Source: an uncultured Gammaproteobacteria bacterium (GTDB lineage: Bacteria > Patescibacteriota > Microgenomatia > Levybacterales > UBA12049). From it: a stretch of DNA of 64,000 nucleotides. Below, one piece after another: positions 49,351-57,289 of the stretch. The stretch's first letter is position 1; every line of letters begins with the position of its first letter. The stretch spans positions 118,993-182,992 of the forward strand of contig CAZWXQ010000001.1 of the NCBI GenBank assembly GCA_964637955.1, given 5' to 3'. The notes below the pieces were generated by a model that saw only the letters and a program-made list of their open reading frames with translations, had not been told where the DNA came from and did not search any database. The position numbers were made by a program, and so were the translations under genes.

Positions 49351-49866
49351 GTGCCTATGACAGTTAAAGCAGAGATTTTAACGCCTCAATTTGATTCTTA
49401 TGTCGGAGATTTTAATAGATTTCCAGGTAGATCAGTGAGGCTTCATTCAGAGCCAAAAAATCATTTGGTGTATTGGTTGGATTACGAGGATGAAGATCAA
49501 AGAAGAAAGTTTGAAGTTCCAAATAAATTTGATGTAATCTCTTCCAGATCAAGTTGGGGAGATCCGGAAGCTGATGTTAATTCAGTTTCTGGACGCGCAA
49601 CTGAAGTGATTATTGTCAGTGGAAATGAATTGTCTCTTCAAATTCAAAGGTGGTATAGAGGTGAAGCTCAAAATACTCAGCAAAGACCTTTAACTGGTGA
49701 TGGAATTAATAATGATTTACTTATAGTAAGATTTCCGTTACCAAACAATAGAGATGTACAGGCGTTATTAAGATGGGAAAGAGATACGATTACCAAAAGA
49801 TTGCAGAATGTTGCTCAGGGTGCTGTTGAAAGAGTTTTATTAGTAGGCGCTCCTGCGGCTAGATAA
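49351..49866 (+). CDS. Hypothetical protein
   Basis: 171-aa ORF preceded by TTGACT...TATAAT. The start may be the ATG at 49357. Confidence 0.6.
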   Translation: MPMTVKAEILTPQFDSYVGDFNRFPGRSVRLHSEPKNHLVYWLDYEDEDQRRKFEVPNKFDVISSRSSWGDPEADVNSVSGRATEVIIVSGNELSLQIQRWYRGEAQNTQQRPLTGDGINNDLLIVRFPLPNNRDVQALLRWERDTITKRLQNVAQGAVERVLLVGAPAAR

Positions 49867-49868
49867 AT

Positions 49869-51161
49869 TTATTTTTCGATTAATTTATAACCCCGTGTTT
49901 TTACTGTCACGATTTCATAATTTTTCTTTTGACTATTCATTTTTGCTCTAAGTCTAGCGATAAGTCTATCTATTGCCCAGTCTGTAACTCCAATTTCTTC
50001 AGCTTCTGGCCATACTGCTTCGATTATCGCTTCTCTTTCGCAGATTTCATTTTTGTTTGCTTCCAAGAAATTTAATAGTAAAAGTTCTTTTTTGCTCAGT
50101 TCTGAAGCATTCTTTTCTTTTTTCCTTTCTTCGCTTTTTGATTTAACGAAGTGCTCAAATATTGGATTAAATATCTTGTTTGTTTTTTGTTCAAAAAATC
50201 CTGTATTTATAAGATAATCTGCATTTTTAATTTCTTCAGCGATAAGTTTTTCCCGACCTGCTACCTTTATGAGTATTTCCTGCTCTTTTGGACTTAGGCT
50301 TTCCCAAAGTTCTTCTGACTGGAGAGAAATTCTCTCATCATTTTTTAGAAAATCAAAAAGTTCCGTTTCGTCTATGGGTTTTGATTGTTCTCCGATTGCA
50401 ATCAATGCAAATAGTAGATATTGAGTATGACCATCCACATATTTAAGAAGCTCCTGAGTAAGCCCAGGTTTTAGACTAAGATGGCTTTCATTTACACTTG
50501 ATTCAAAAATTATTTTAGTATCCTGTTTTTCTGCCGGTTTTATATAGTGGTTATCTGCGAATACAGAAACTGATTGCTTGGTAAACACTTCAGGGACCAG
50601 ATAATCTAGAGTTCTGTCACTAGTAAAAACATAAGAAAGTTTTCTGTGAGTCGCGTCGATGAGGCCTTGGAAATTGGCAAAAAAGTCATGAGTAGTAGCA
50701 TCTTTTATTCGGTCAAATCTGAGGAAGAAGATTGTCGGTAGATAACCTTTTTCAGTAATAAAGACCAGACTTTTTCTAAGATTCTCTATAGTTAAAAATA
50801 AGTCCTGAGATTGGATAGAATCTAAGAAATATTCTTCAACTTGTTTTTGAATTTCCAGTGGAAGATTTGAATTTTCAACACTGTCAGAAATTCTTTTAAA
50901 AGTAAGAACCCAAAATGGGTAAATTTCTCGTTCTACCAGATCATTTAAATCAACAGGGATAAAGAAATGCTTTTCTGACTTGAGATATTTTTCATTTATT
51001 CCGGGATGGTATAAAAAGTAGCGCAGGAAATTACTTATTCCTACTCTTTTCATTCCAGTAAGAACTACATTTCGCCTATTATTAATCGCGCTTGCGAGCT
51101 TTTTTGTTTCGTCTTTTCTGAAATCAAAAGGATAATTTACTTCAATAACATGAGAATTCAT
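49869..51161 (-). CDS. Degenerate AAA/STAND-like ATPase with a C-terminal OmpR-type winged helix
   Basis: GMKRVGIS (decayed P-loop); C-terminal REAIIEAVW...DWAIDRLIARLR...TVKTRGYKL. Confidence 0.75.
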   Translation of the reverse strand: MNSHVIEVNYPFDFRKDETKKLASAINNRRNVVLTGMKRVGISNFLRYFLYHPGINEKYLKSEKHFFIPVDLNDLVEREIYPFWVLTFKRISDSVENSNLPLEIQKQVEEYFLDSIQSQDLFLTIENLRKSLVFITEKGYLPTIFFLRFDRIKDATTHDFFANFQGLIDATHRKLSYVFTSDRTLDYLVPEVFTKQSVSVFADNHYIKPAEKQDTKIIFESSVNESHLSLKPGLTQELLKYVDGHTQYLLFALIAIGEQSKPIDETELFDFLKNDERISLQSEELWESLSPKEQEILIKVAGREKLIAEEIKNADYLINTGFFEQKTNKIFNPIFEHFVKSKSEERKKEKNASELSKKELLLLNFLEANKNEICEREAIIEAVWPEAEEIGVTDWAIDRLIARLRAKMNSQKKNYEIVTVKTRGYKLIEK

Positions 51162-51439
51162 CCCGTTAGAGACAGCGAGCGTTTTAATCTGTTTTTGAGA
51201 TATCTTTTACCCATACCGGATTTGAGATATTTTTCTCGCGTCGTTGCATCCTCCTCATGCAAGCTTGCTTCATAGTATATCAATTTAAATTGACCTCTTC
51301 CTTTTGTGTATGTTGATCGATCATTTTGATGTTCATTAAAACGCTTGCGTAAATCATTAGTATATCCCGTATACCATTTATTGCTTTTCAAACTTTGTAA
51401 AACGTAAACATAATAAAAGCGGTCTCTAACGGGATTCAT
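51158..51439 (-). CDS. Stand-alone GIY-YIG nuclease
   Basis: YYVYVLQS...YTGYTNDLRKRFNEH...YT...A..REKYLKSG. Confidence 0.92.
   Translation of the reverse strand: MNPVRDRFYYVYVLQSLKSNKWYTGYTNDLRKRFNEHQNDRSTYTKGRGQFKLIYYEASLHEEDATTREKYLKSGMGKRYLKNRLKRSLSLTG
51162..51433 (-). mobile_element. 272-bp inverted-repeat element inserted at a start codon, carrying a GIY-YIG gene
   Basis: 12-bp perfect terminal inverted repeats CCCGTTAGAGAC/GTCTCTAACGGG; flanking 6-bp direct repeat ATGAAT (- strand) at 51156-51161 and 51434-51439. Confidence 0.85.
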
Positions 51440-51477
51440 TCCGTAATTTTAAAGTTTTATATGCAAATAATCAAATC

Positions 51478-51502
51478 TGACAGGTGTCAGAAATCTGTCA
51501 GG
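51478..51502. promoter_or_regulatory. Putative winged-helix binding repeats
   Basis: TGTCAG direct repeats 11 bp apart (51485, 51496) plus TGACAG (51478), upstream of a - strand TTGATT-17-TAAAAT promoter. Confidence 0.5.
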
Positions 51503-51557
51503 AAAAAATTCAAACTCCGTCAAGCCTTTAATTACTTGTTGAGTTAATATATTTTTC

Positions 51558-51857
51558 ATGAAATCAGAGCGAGGAGATTTAAGAGATCATGAATCTGTAA
51601 GAATTCATATGGGAGACAGAAGAGAAGATGGTACTTACAGAATTTTAAGATTGGAAGGAAGAACTTCCAGAGGGGTAATTGACGGCGCTACTTCTAGGCG
51701 AATGGAAAAATTTGAATCTGCACAAAATGGTGGAGGAGCAACCAGTGATGCTAGTATGCATAGGTTGTCACCTGATAGTTTTTATCAGCCAGTTGAAGCA
51801 AATTTAACAGGCGGAATAATCTTTAACGGCCTTTCCGAAGGAGGACTTAAAGCTTAA
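51558..51857 (+). CDS. Hypothetical protein
   Basis: 99-aa ORF ending 3 nt before the next gene. Confidence 0.55.
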   Translation: MKSERGDLRDHESVRIHMGDRREDGTYRILRLEGRTSRGVIDGATSRRMEKFESAQNGGGATSDASMHRLSPDSFYQPVEANLTGGIIFNGLSEGGLKA

Positions 51858-51860
51858 TTT

Positions 51861-53120
51861 ATGGCTCAGTCTGAAGCTCTTCAAGTTACACAAGATGTTG
51901 GTTTTGATGCCTCAGTGGCAAGAGATTTTTTTACCCATGACTTATCTCCAGCTTTACCAACTTTACAAGGAGAAACTTTGATAGATGCAGCTATAATGGA
52001 TACATATATGTCAAGTGATGAAATCAGGGAATCAGAAATTAATATTCCAGTTGAAGATTTAGCCGATCATTACGCTGAAGTTGTAGTTGGTCCTGCTGCT
52101 GTTGCAGGCTTAATAACAATGCTTGAGGGTTATCAGGGAAGAGAAAGTATTACTCCTGATGAGATAGCAGTTTTAAAAATTCAAATAGATAATGTCGCTA
52201 AAAGGGCTGCGGAAAGTGGATTTAGAATGGAGGGAATTGGGGGTAAAAGAAGAGCGAATGTTAAGACATCCGTAGATGGTTTTGAAGGACAGAAAGAAGG
52301 AAGAAAAAATAAAGATGAAGCCGTAGAGCATTTGGATGGTGAACATGCTCCAGAAAAAGAGGAAGAAGGAATACCGACTGTAAATGTAAGTTCCTTTATG
52401 GATGTAGTTGAGGGAACAAAATTTCTCGCTAATAGAAGAAAAAGAGCTATTTCTGTTCTTGCAGGAATTGAGGGTGGTAAAATTCAAAAACCTCCAAGCG
52501 AGGATGATTGGCATTATACTGATATTTTTGCAGCGGGCACCAGAATGAAAGATATATTAACTCCTGAAATGACATTCGATGAAAAAATAGATGCCATGAT
52601 TACTGCATATGGTAAGCAAGATTCTCCATGGGAGGTAGAAATGAGAATTCTTGGAGGTGAAAAGAGAAAAAGAAATCATGATTATATTGAAAGAGCGAAG
52701 GCAAAAGGGATTACGGTACTCGAGCTTGAAGATGGAGATTGCGCACCTATGCTTGAAGCACTTCTTTCAGATAGGCCAATTTTCTCTGCAGGAAGCGGTG
52801 GAAAGGAAGAGGTTAGAATTGCGGCAGTAGCTGCATATATGGCTAGAGCTTTTTGGAACGGAGAAAATATTCGAGTCGACAAAGATAATAATGTTATAGC
52901 TAGGGAAGGAAGAGTCTTTGCAGATTCAGATATAGTAACAGGAGATAGAGATAGAGCATTTATTGTGGCAGCGGGAATAACAGGCGAAGATTTTCTTGGT
53001 TTAAAACCGATTGAGCTGCAAGCTTCTGATGATGGCGCTGGAGATGTATGGAAAGTGCATTTATTTAAAGCTACTAGTAATTCAAATAGACATGATGATT
53101 TAAGTGTAGCTTCTATTTAA
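51861..53120 (+). CDS. glpX: Divergent fructose-1,6-bisphosphatase class II (GlpX-like)
   Basis: EGQK, MDVVEGT, AISVLA, R.RN, DGD, GSGGKEE, AAGITG motifs appear in GlpX order. Confidence 0.65.
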   Translation: MAQSEALQVTQDVGFDASVARDFFTHDLSPALPTLQGETLIDAAIMDTYMSSDEIRESEINIPVEDLADHYAEVVVGPAAVAGLITMLEGYQGRESITPDEIAVLKIQIDNVAKRAAESGFRMEGIGGKRRANVKTSVDGFEGQKEGRKNKDEAVEHLDGEHAPEKEEEGIPTVNVSSFMDVVEGTKFLANRRKRAISVLAGIEGGKIQKPPSEDDWHYTDIFAAGTRMKDILTPEMTFDEKIDAMITAYGKQDSPWEVEMRILGGEKRKRNHDYIERAKAKGITVLELEDGDCAPMLEALLSDRPIFSAGSGGKEEVRIAAVAAYMARAFWNGENIRVDKDNNVIAREGRVFADSDIVTGDRDRAFIVAAGITGEDFLGLKPIELQASDDGAGDVWKVHLFKATSNSNRHDDLSVASI

Positions 53121-53162
53121 CCTTCCTTGTAGTCTTCTGATTCAATGCTATAATAGTAAAAT

Positions 53163-55253
53163 ATGGCTAAGCGTGGTCGTTACGGTAAACGCGGAAAATT
53201 TAAGTTTAAGCTTAAATCTAAAACAATCTACAACATTTTTGGAATAGGCTCTATTGGATTTGGAGTTCTAATATTTCTTTCTTTCATAGCAAACGGTCCT
53301 TCTATGGAATTTCTCAATACCTGGATCAGGCAGTATTTTGGTTGGCTATCATTTTTCTTGCCTTTAGTATTTATTCTATTTGGTTTTCTATTTTTTAAGT
53401 CAAAGCTTGCTTTATCTAAGCCAAATGTATTTGCAGGGTTTGCGATACTTTATTTCTCAGCAGTTATAATGTTTCGCTCTGGTTATATCGGACAAATGAT
53501 GTTCGCAAACATAGCTGAGGTAGTTACTCCGGTTGGAACATTTCTGGTTTTCTTAACAGGTGTTTTCATCGGACTAATTATTCTTTTTGATACTTCAGTT
53601 GATGAAATTCTTAAGGGATTGTCCGTAACCAAGAAAACTGGCGGAAAGCTTCTTCCCGTAAATGCTTTAAAGAAAAAACCTGACGCTCTTTCTGGGAAGC
53701 CAATGACTATAAAAGGTGATGTTCAAATAAATAAAGGACCTGCGATTGTCTCAAATACAGTTAAGAAAGATGAAAATATGATTTCAGAAAAGCTTGTTAG
53801 CAACACATTATCATCAGGACTTATATGGGAATATCCTCCGCTTGATCTTCTTTCTGATGATGAGGGAGGAAAAGCTGATCGTGGAGACGTAAAAGCGACA
53901 GCTGCAAAAATTGAAGAAACACTTCAGAGTTTTGGCATTATAGCAAAAGTTGTTGAGGTAAATCTCGGACCTGCCGTTACTCAGTACGCTTTAGAAATCG
54001 CACTTGGAACTAAAGTTTCAAAAATTACTTCCCTGGCAAATGACCTTGCATTAAATACGCAGGCTCCTACTGGTCAGATCCGTATTGAGGCTCCAATTCC
54101 TGGAAGAAATCTTGTAGGTATTGAAATACCGAATAAAAGCTTACAGATGGTTACTCTTCGAACCATGCTTTCAAGTGAGGTTATGCGAAAAAATAAATCT
54201 AAGCTTGCTGTTTCAATGGGACTTGATGTTAGTGGAAATCCTGTAATTGCAGATATCGGCAAAATGCCTCATGTTCTTGTAGCAGGAACCACAGGTTCTG
54301 GAAAATCAGTTTTGGTTAACTCATTCATCAATTCGATATTGTTTAGAGCTTCTCCTGAAGAGGTAAAGTTAATCATGGTCGATCCAAAACGCGTTGAGTT
54401 AACTGGTTATAATGGAATTCCTCATCTAATGGTGCCTGTTATTGTGGAAGTGGAGAAAATTCTCTCAGCGCTCAAGTGGGCAACAAATGAGATGGATCGC
54501 AGATATAAGACTTTTGCTGAACGTGGAGTAAGAAATATTGATGGTTATAACGAGCTTGCCGGATTTCAGGCTCTTCCATATATTGTAATCTTTATTGACG
54601 AGTTAGCTGATCTTATGATGTTTGCGCCTGTGGAGGTGGAAGACACGATTGCTAGATTAGCTCAAATGGCTCGTGCGACAGGAATTCATTTGGTAATAGC
54701 GACTCAAAGACCATCTGTGGATGTTATTACAGGTTTAATTAAAGCAAATGTTCCAGCTAGAATCGCATTCAACGTGTCCAGTATGATTGACTCACGTGTT
54801 ATTATAGACGGACCAGGTGCTGAGAAGCTACTTGGTCGAGGAGACATGCTTTATACTCCGCCGGACATGGCAAAGCCAACTCGTATTCAGGGAGCTTACG
54901 TTTCTGATAAAGAAGTAAAAGCATTAGTTTCCTATCTTAAAGAAAAATCACCAGCAGTAGAATATACAGAGGAAATTCTTGCTACTCCATATACGCCTAA
55001 AGGATCCGGTGGCGGTGGAGGCGGAGGTGATTCTAAGGATCCAGTTTTTGCAGAAGCTGTAAGAGTTATTTGTGAATACGATAAAGCGTCAGCATCACTT
55101 TTACAGAGAAGGCTTTCTATTGGCTACTCAAGAGCTGCTAGGATACTAGATCAACTTGAGGAGCAGGGAATTGTGGGAAGAGCAGAAGGAAGTAAACCAA
55201 GAGACGTTCTTATCAAGGATCCATCGCAGATTTTAGGCGAGCAATCTGAGTAA
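53163..55253 (+). CDS. ftsK: DNA translocase FtsK/SpoIIIE
   Basis: N-terminal TM helices; PHVLVAGTTGSGKS, IDELADLM, ATQRPS; gamma domain SLLQRRLSIGYSRAAR. Confidence 0.97.
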   Translation: MAKRGRYGKRGKFKFKLKSKTIYNIFGIGSIGFGVLIFLSFIANGPSMEFLNTWIRQYFGWLSFFLPLVFILFGFLFFKSKLALSKPNVFAGFAILYFSAVIMFRSGYIGQMMFANIAEVVTPVGTFLVFLTGVFIGLIILFDTSVDEILKGLSVTKKTGGKLLPVNALKKKPDALSGKPMTIKGDVQINKGPAIVSNTVKKDENMISEKLVSNTLSSGLIWEYPPLDLLSDDEGGKADRGDVKATAAKIEETLQSFGIIAKVVEVNLGPAVTQYALEIALGTKVSKITSLANDLALNTQAPTGQIRIEAPIPGRNLVGIEIPNKSLQMVTLRTMLSSEVMRKNKSKLAVSMGLDVSGNPVIADIGKMPHVLVAGTTGSGKSVLVNSFINSILFRASPEEVKLIMVDPKRVELTGYNGIPHLMVPVIVEVEKILSALKWATNEMDRRYKTFAERGVRNIDGYNELAGFQALPYIVIFIDELADLMMFAPVEVEDTIARLAQMARATGIHLVIATQRPSVDVITGLIKANVPARIAFNVSSMIDSRVIIDGPGAEKLLGRGDMLYTPPDMAKPTRIQGAYVSDKEVKALVSYLKEKSPAVEYTEEILATPYTPKGSGGGGGGGDSKDPVFAEAVRVICEYDKASASLLQRRLSIGYSRAARILDQLEEQGIVGRAEGSKPRDVLIKDPSQILGEQSE

Positions 55254-55282
55254 TTATTTATTATTATTTATGGGAGTAAAAT

Positions 55283-55921
55283 ATGAAAACAATAGGTCAA
55301 GAATTTGCTGAAGAAAGAAAAATACAAGGTAAAACAATTGAAGAGGTTTCAAAAGCCACAAAGATAAAGGAAGAGTTTTTAAGAGCAATTGAAAAAGGAG
55401 ACTTTAAAGCACTACCATCCCCAACTTACTCTTATGGTTTTGTAAGAAATTATGCCAAGTATTTGGGTCTTCCGGTTGAGAAAAGCTTGGCAATTTACAG
55501 GCGCGAGTATGATGTAAAGAAGAATGTAGAGGTTTTACCAAAGGGTTTTTCAAATCCAAAAGAATACACGCCGCCCAAATTTAGACTTGGTCGTTCAATA
55601 GCAGTACTTAGTGTATTTTTTGTTTTAATTGCAGGGTTTTTGGTTTTTCAGTATAGAGCTGCAGTATTTAATCCAGGTCTTAGCATAGATTCTCCGAAAG
55701 AAAATGAAACGTTAAAATCGTTAGTTGTTGATGTTCGAGGTAAGACTGATTCTGCTTCAACCCTTCAAATAGATGGCAAGGAAGTTCCCGTTAATTCTGA
55801 TGGGACATTTGCGAAAAAAATTACTGTTTTTCCAGGTGAAAGTGTAATTTCTTTTAGAGTAGAAAATAAGTTTGGAAGAATCACTACGGTTGAGCGAAAA
55901 GTTGTTATAAGATCGAACTAG
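55283..55921 (+). CDS. RodZ-like HTH-TM protein with a C-terminal Ig-like domain
   Basis: TKIKEEFLRAIEKG...GFVRNYAKYLGL; TM helix; follows ftsK. Confidence 0.85.
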   Translation: MKTIGQEFAEERKIQGKTIEEVSKATKIKEEFLRAIEKGDFKALPSPTYSYGFVRNYAKYLGLPVEKSLAIYRREYDVKKNVEVLPKGFSNPKEYTPPKFRLGRSIAVLSVFFVLIAGFLVFQYRAAVFNPGLSIDSPKENETLKSLVVDVRGKTDSASTLQIDGKEVPVNSDGTFAKKITVFPGESVISFRVENKFGRITTVERKVVIRSN

Positions 55922-56017
55922 ATTTATATACTTTGCTAATATTGACTGCTCGGTCACTATAGTATAGATTAATAATACGATTGTTGTTTGATGAGCTTGG
56001 TTTGTTAAGGATAAAAA

Positions 56018-56040
56018 TATCCTTCGATACGCTCAGGATA
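56018..56040. repeat. Short hairpin repeat
   Basis: TATCCT-tcgatacgctc-AGGATA, resembling the widespread CCTTCGAC..GCTCAGG intergenic hairpins. Confidence 0.5.
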
Positions 56041-56048
56041 ACATTGCG

Positions 56049-56333
56049 ATGTTTATGTACGATCCTGCCCAAATACTACTATTTATCGTAATTATTGTTC
56101 TAACAATATTTCTAGTGATTTTAGGAATTCAAGTTTCTCTCATACTTAAAGATCTTCGAAAAACCATAGCTAAAACCAATAAAATTCTTGATGATACGCA
56201 AGAAATGACAACTGCAGTAAAGGATCCTGTCGTGGGCTTATCAGGAGCAATCATGGGTATAAAAACCGGAAGTACTCTTCTTAGCATAATGAATAGATTT
56301 ACTTCAAAGGAGGAAAAGCATCATGGGAAATAA
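56049..56333 (+). CDS. DUF948/YoxC-like membrane protein
   Basis: TM helix plus coiled coil; upstream of a YtxH-like gene. Confidence 0.65.
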   Translation: MFMYDPAQILLFIVIIVLTIFLVILGIQVSLILKDLRKTIAKTNKILDDTQEMTTAVKDPVVGLSGAIMGIKTGSTLLSIMNRFTSKEEKHHGK

Positions 56334-56670
56334 TAACGGAAGATTTTCTGATGGGTTTTTGATGGGGGCAATCATTGGTGGAGCGGCTGTGTTTTTGCTT
56401 GGAACTGAAAAAGGGAATAAAGTTCTAAAGCTAATGCTAGAAGAAGGTCGAGCAGGGTTTTCGGAGCTTATGGATGAAATCGATGAGTATAAAGGTAAAG
56501 CCCAAGACATCATGGAATTAGTTGAAGATGAAGAAGTAGATGACATTGATGAGGCGATCGAAGGTGAAGGGTCTACAGAACAGACTTCTGAAGCTCCAAA
56601 AAAAGCAGATAGTTCACATGAGTCTAAAAATGGCTCATCTTCCAAAAGATTCTTTAAAAAGGGTAAGTAA
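56323..56670 (+). CDS. YtxH-like protein
   Basis: GFLMGAIIGGAAVFLLGTEKG. Confidence 0.7.
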   Translation: MGNNNGRFSDGFLMGAIIGGAAVFLLGTEKGNKVLKLMLEEGRAGFSELMDEIDEYKGKAQDIMELVEDEEVDDIDEAIEGEGSTEQTSEAPKKADSSHESKNGSSSKRFFKKGK

Positions 56671-56678
56671 ATTACTAA

Positions 56679-57212
56679 TTAAGATTGTTTTCTTTTGATG
56701 AATGATTCAAGTACTTCGTCTGCGACTTTTAGCATTTGTTCCTTTGGAGCGATATATGGGTCATAATTTTCTTCATTAACTATACTTTCAACTTCCTTAG
56801 GATCTTTCAGTAAAGCTTGAGTAATTACTTGAACGGGATTTCCATTTGAATCAGTCGCCAGAGCTTTAACATCTTCTTGCATGCCAAAGTCAACCAACTC
56901 CCAATTTTTCACCTTTTCAAATTCTTCTTCAGTAAGATCCCAAATAGTTCCATAAGTAACTGCACCTACCTTTTGTCTAGAAGTATAAAGTTTGAAATTT
57001 TCTCCGAATCCGGCTTTTATAATCGCTCTTGGAGATCTGTCAAAAGGATGAATGATTTCGTCTCTAATTTGATTTATGTCTTGAATGCATAGCTCATATC
57101 CCAGTAGCTTTCCAGGTACACCTTTAAGATTATTGTTGCCCACCATATGAGCCATCATGTCCAAATCTTTATTTGTTCCGAATCCGAAATATTTAATAAT
57201 TTTAATTGCCAT
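56679..57212 (-). CDS. Gamma-glutamylcyclotransferase-like protein
   Basis: YFGFGTN...LLGYEL...TYGTIWDLT...WE. Confidence 0.6.
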   Translation of the reverse strand: MAIKIIKYFGFGTNKDLDMMAHMVGNNNLKGVPGKLLGYELCIQDINQIRDEIIHPFDRSPRAIIKAGFGENFKLYTSRQKVGAVTYGTIWDLTEEEFEKVKNWELVDFGMQEDVKALATDSNGNPVQVITQALLKDPKEVESIVNEENYDPYIAPKEQMLKVADEVLESFIKRKQS

Positions 57213-57289
57213 GCATAAATATAGAGTAGGTTAATTAATTTTTAATTGCAATATTTGCTTACAAAATATTTTAATGATACGATTTTTTT

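Noticed and set aside
51162-51433. Integron cassette/attC, because GTTAGA...TCTAAC resembles GTTRRRY/RYYYAAC
   Set aside because: No complete attC follows the ORF, no IntI or array is present, and the 6-bp flanking duplication is not a cassette feature.
51158-51439. Group I intron homing endonuclease
   Set aside because: The ORF fills the whole insert, leaving no room for a ribozyme core.
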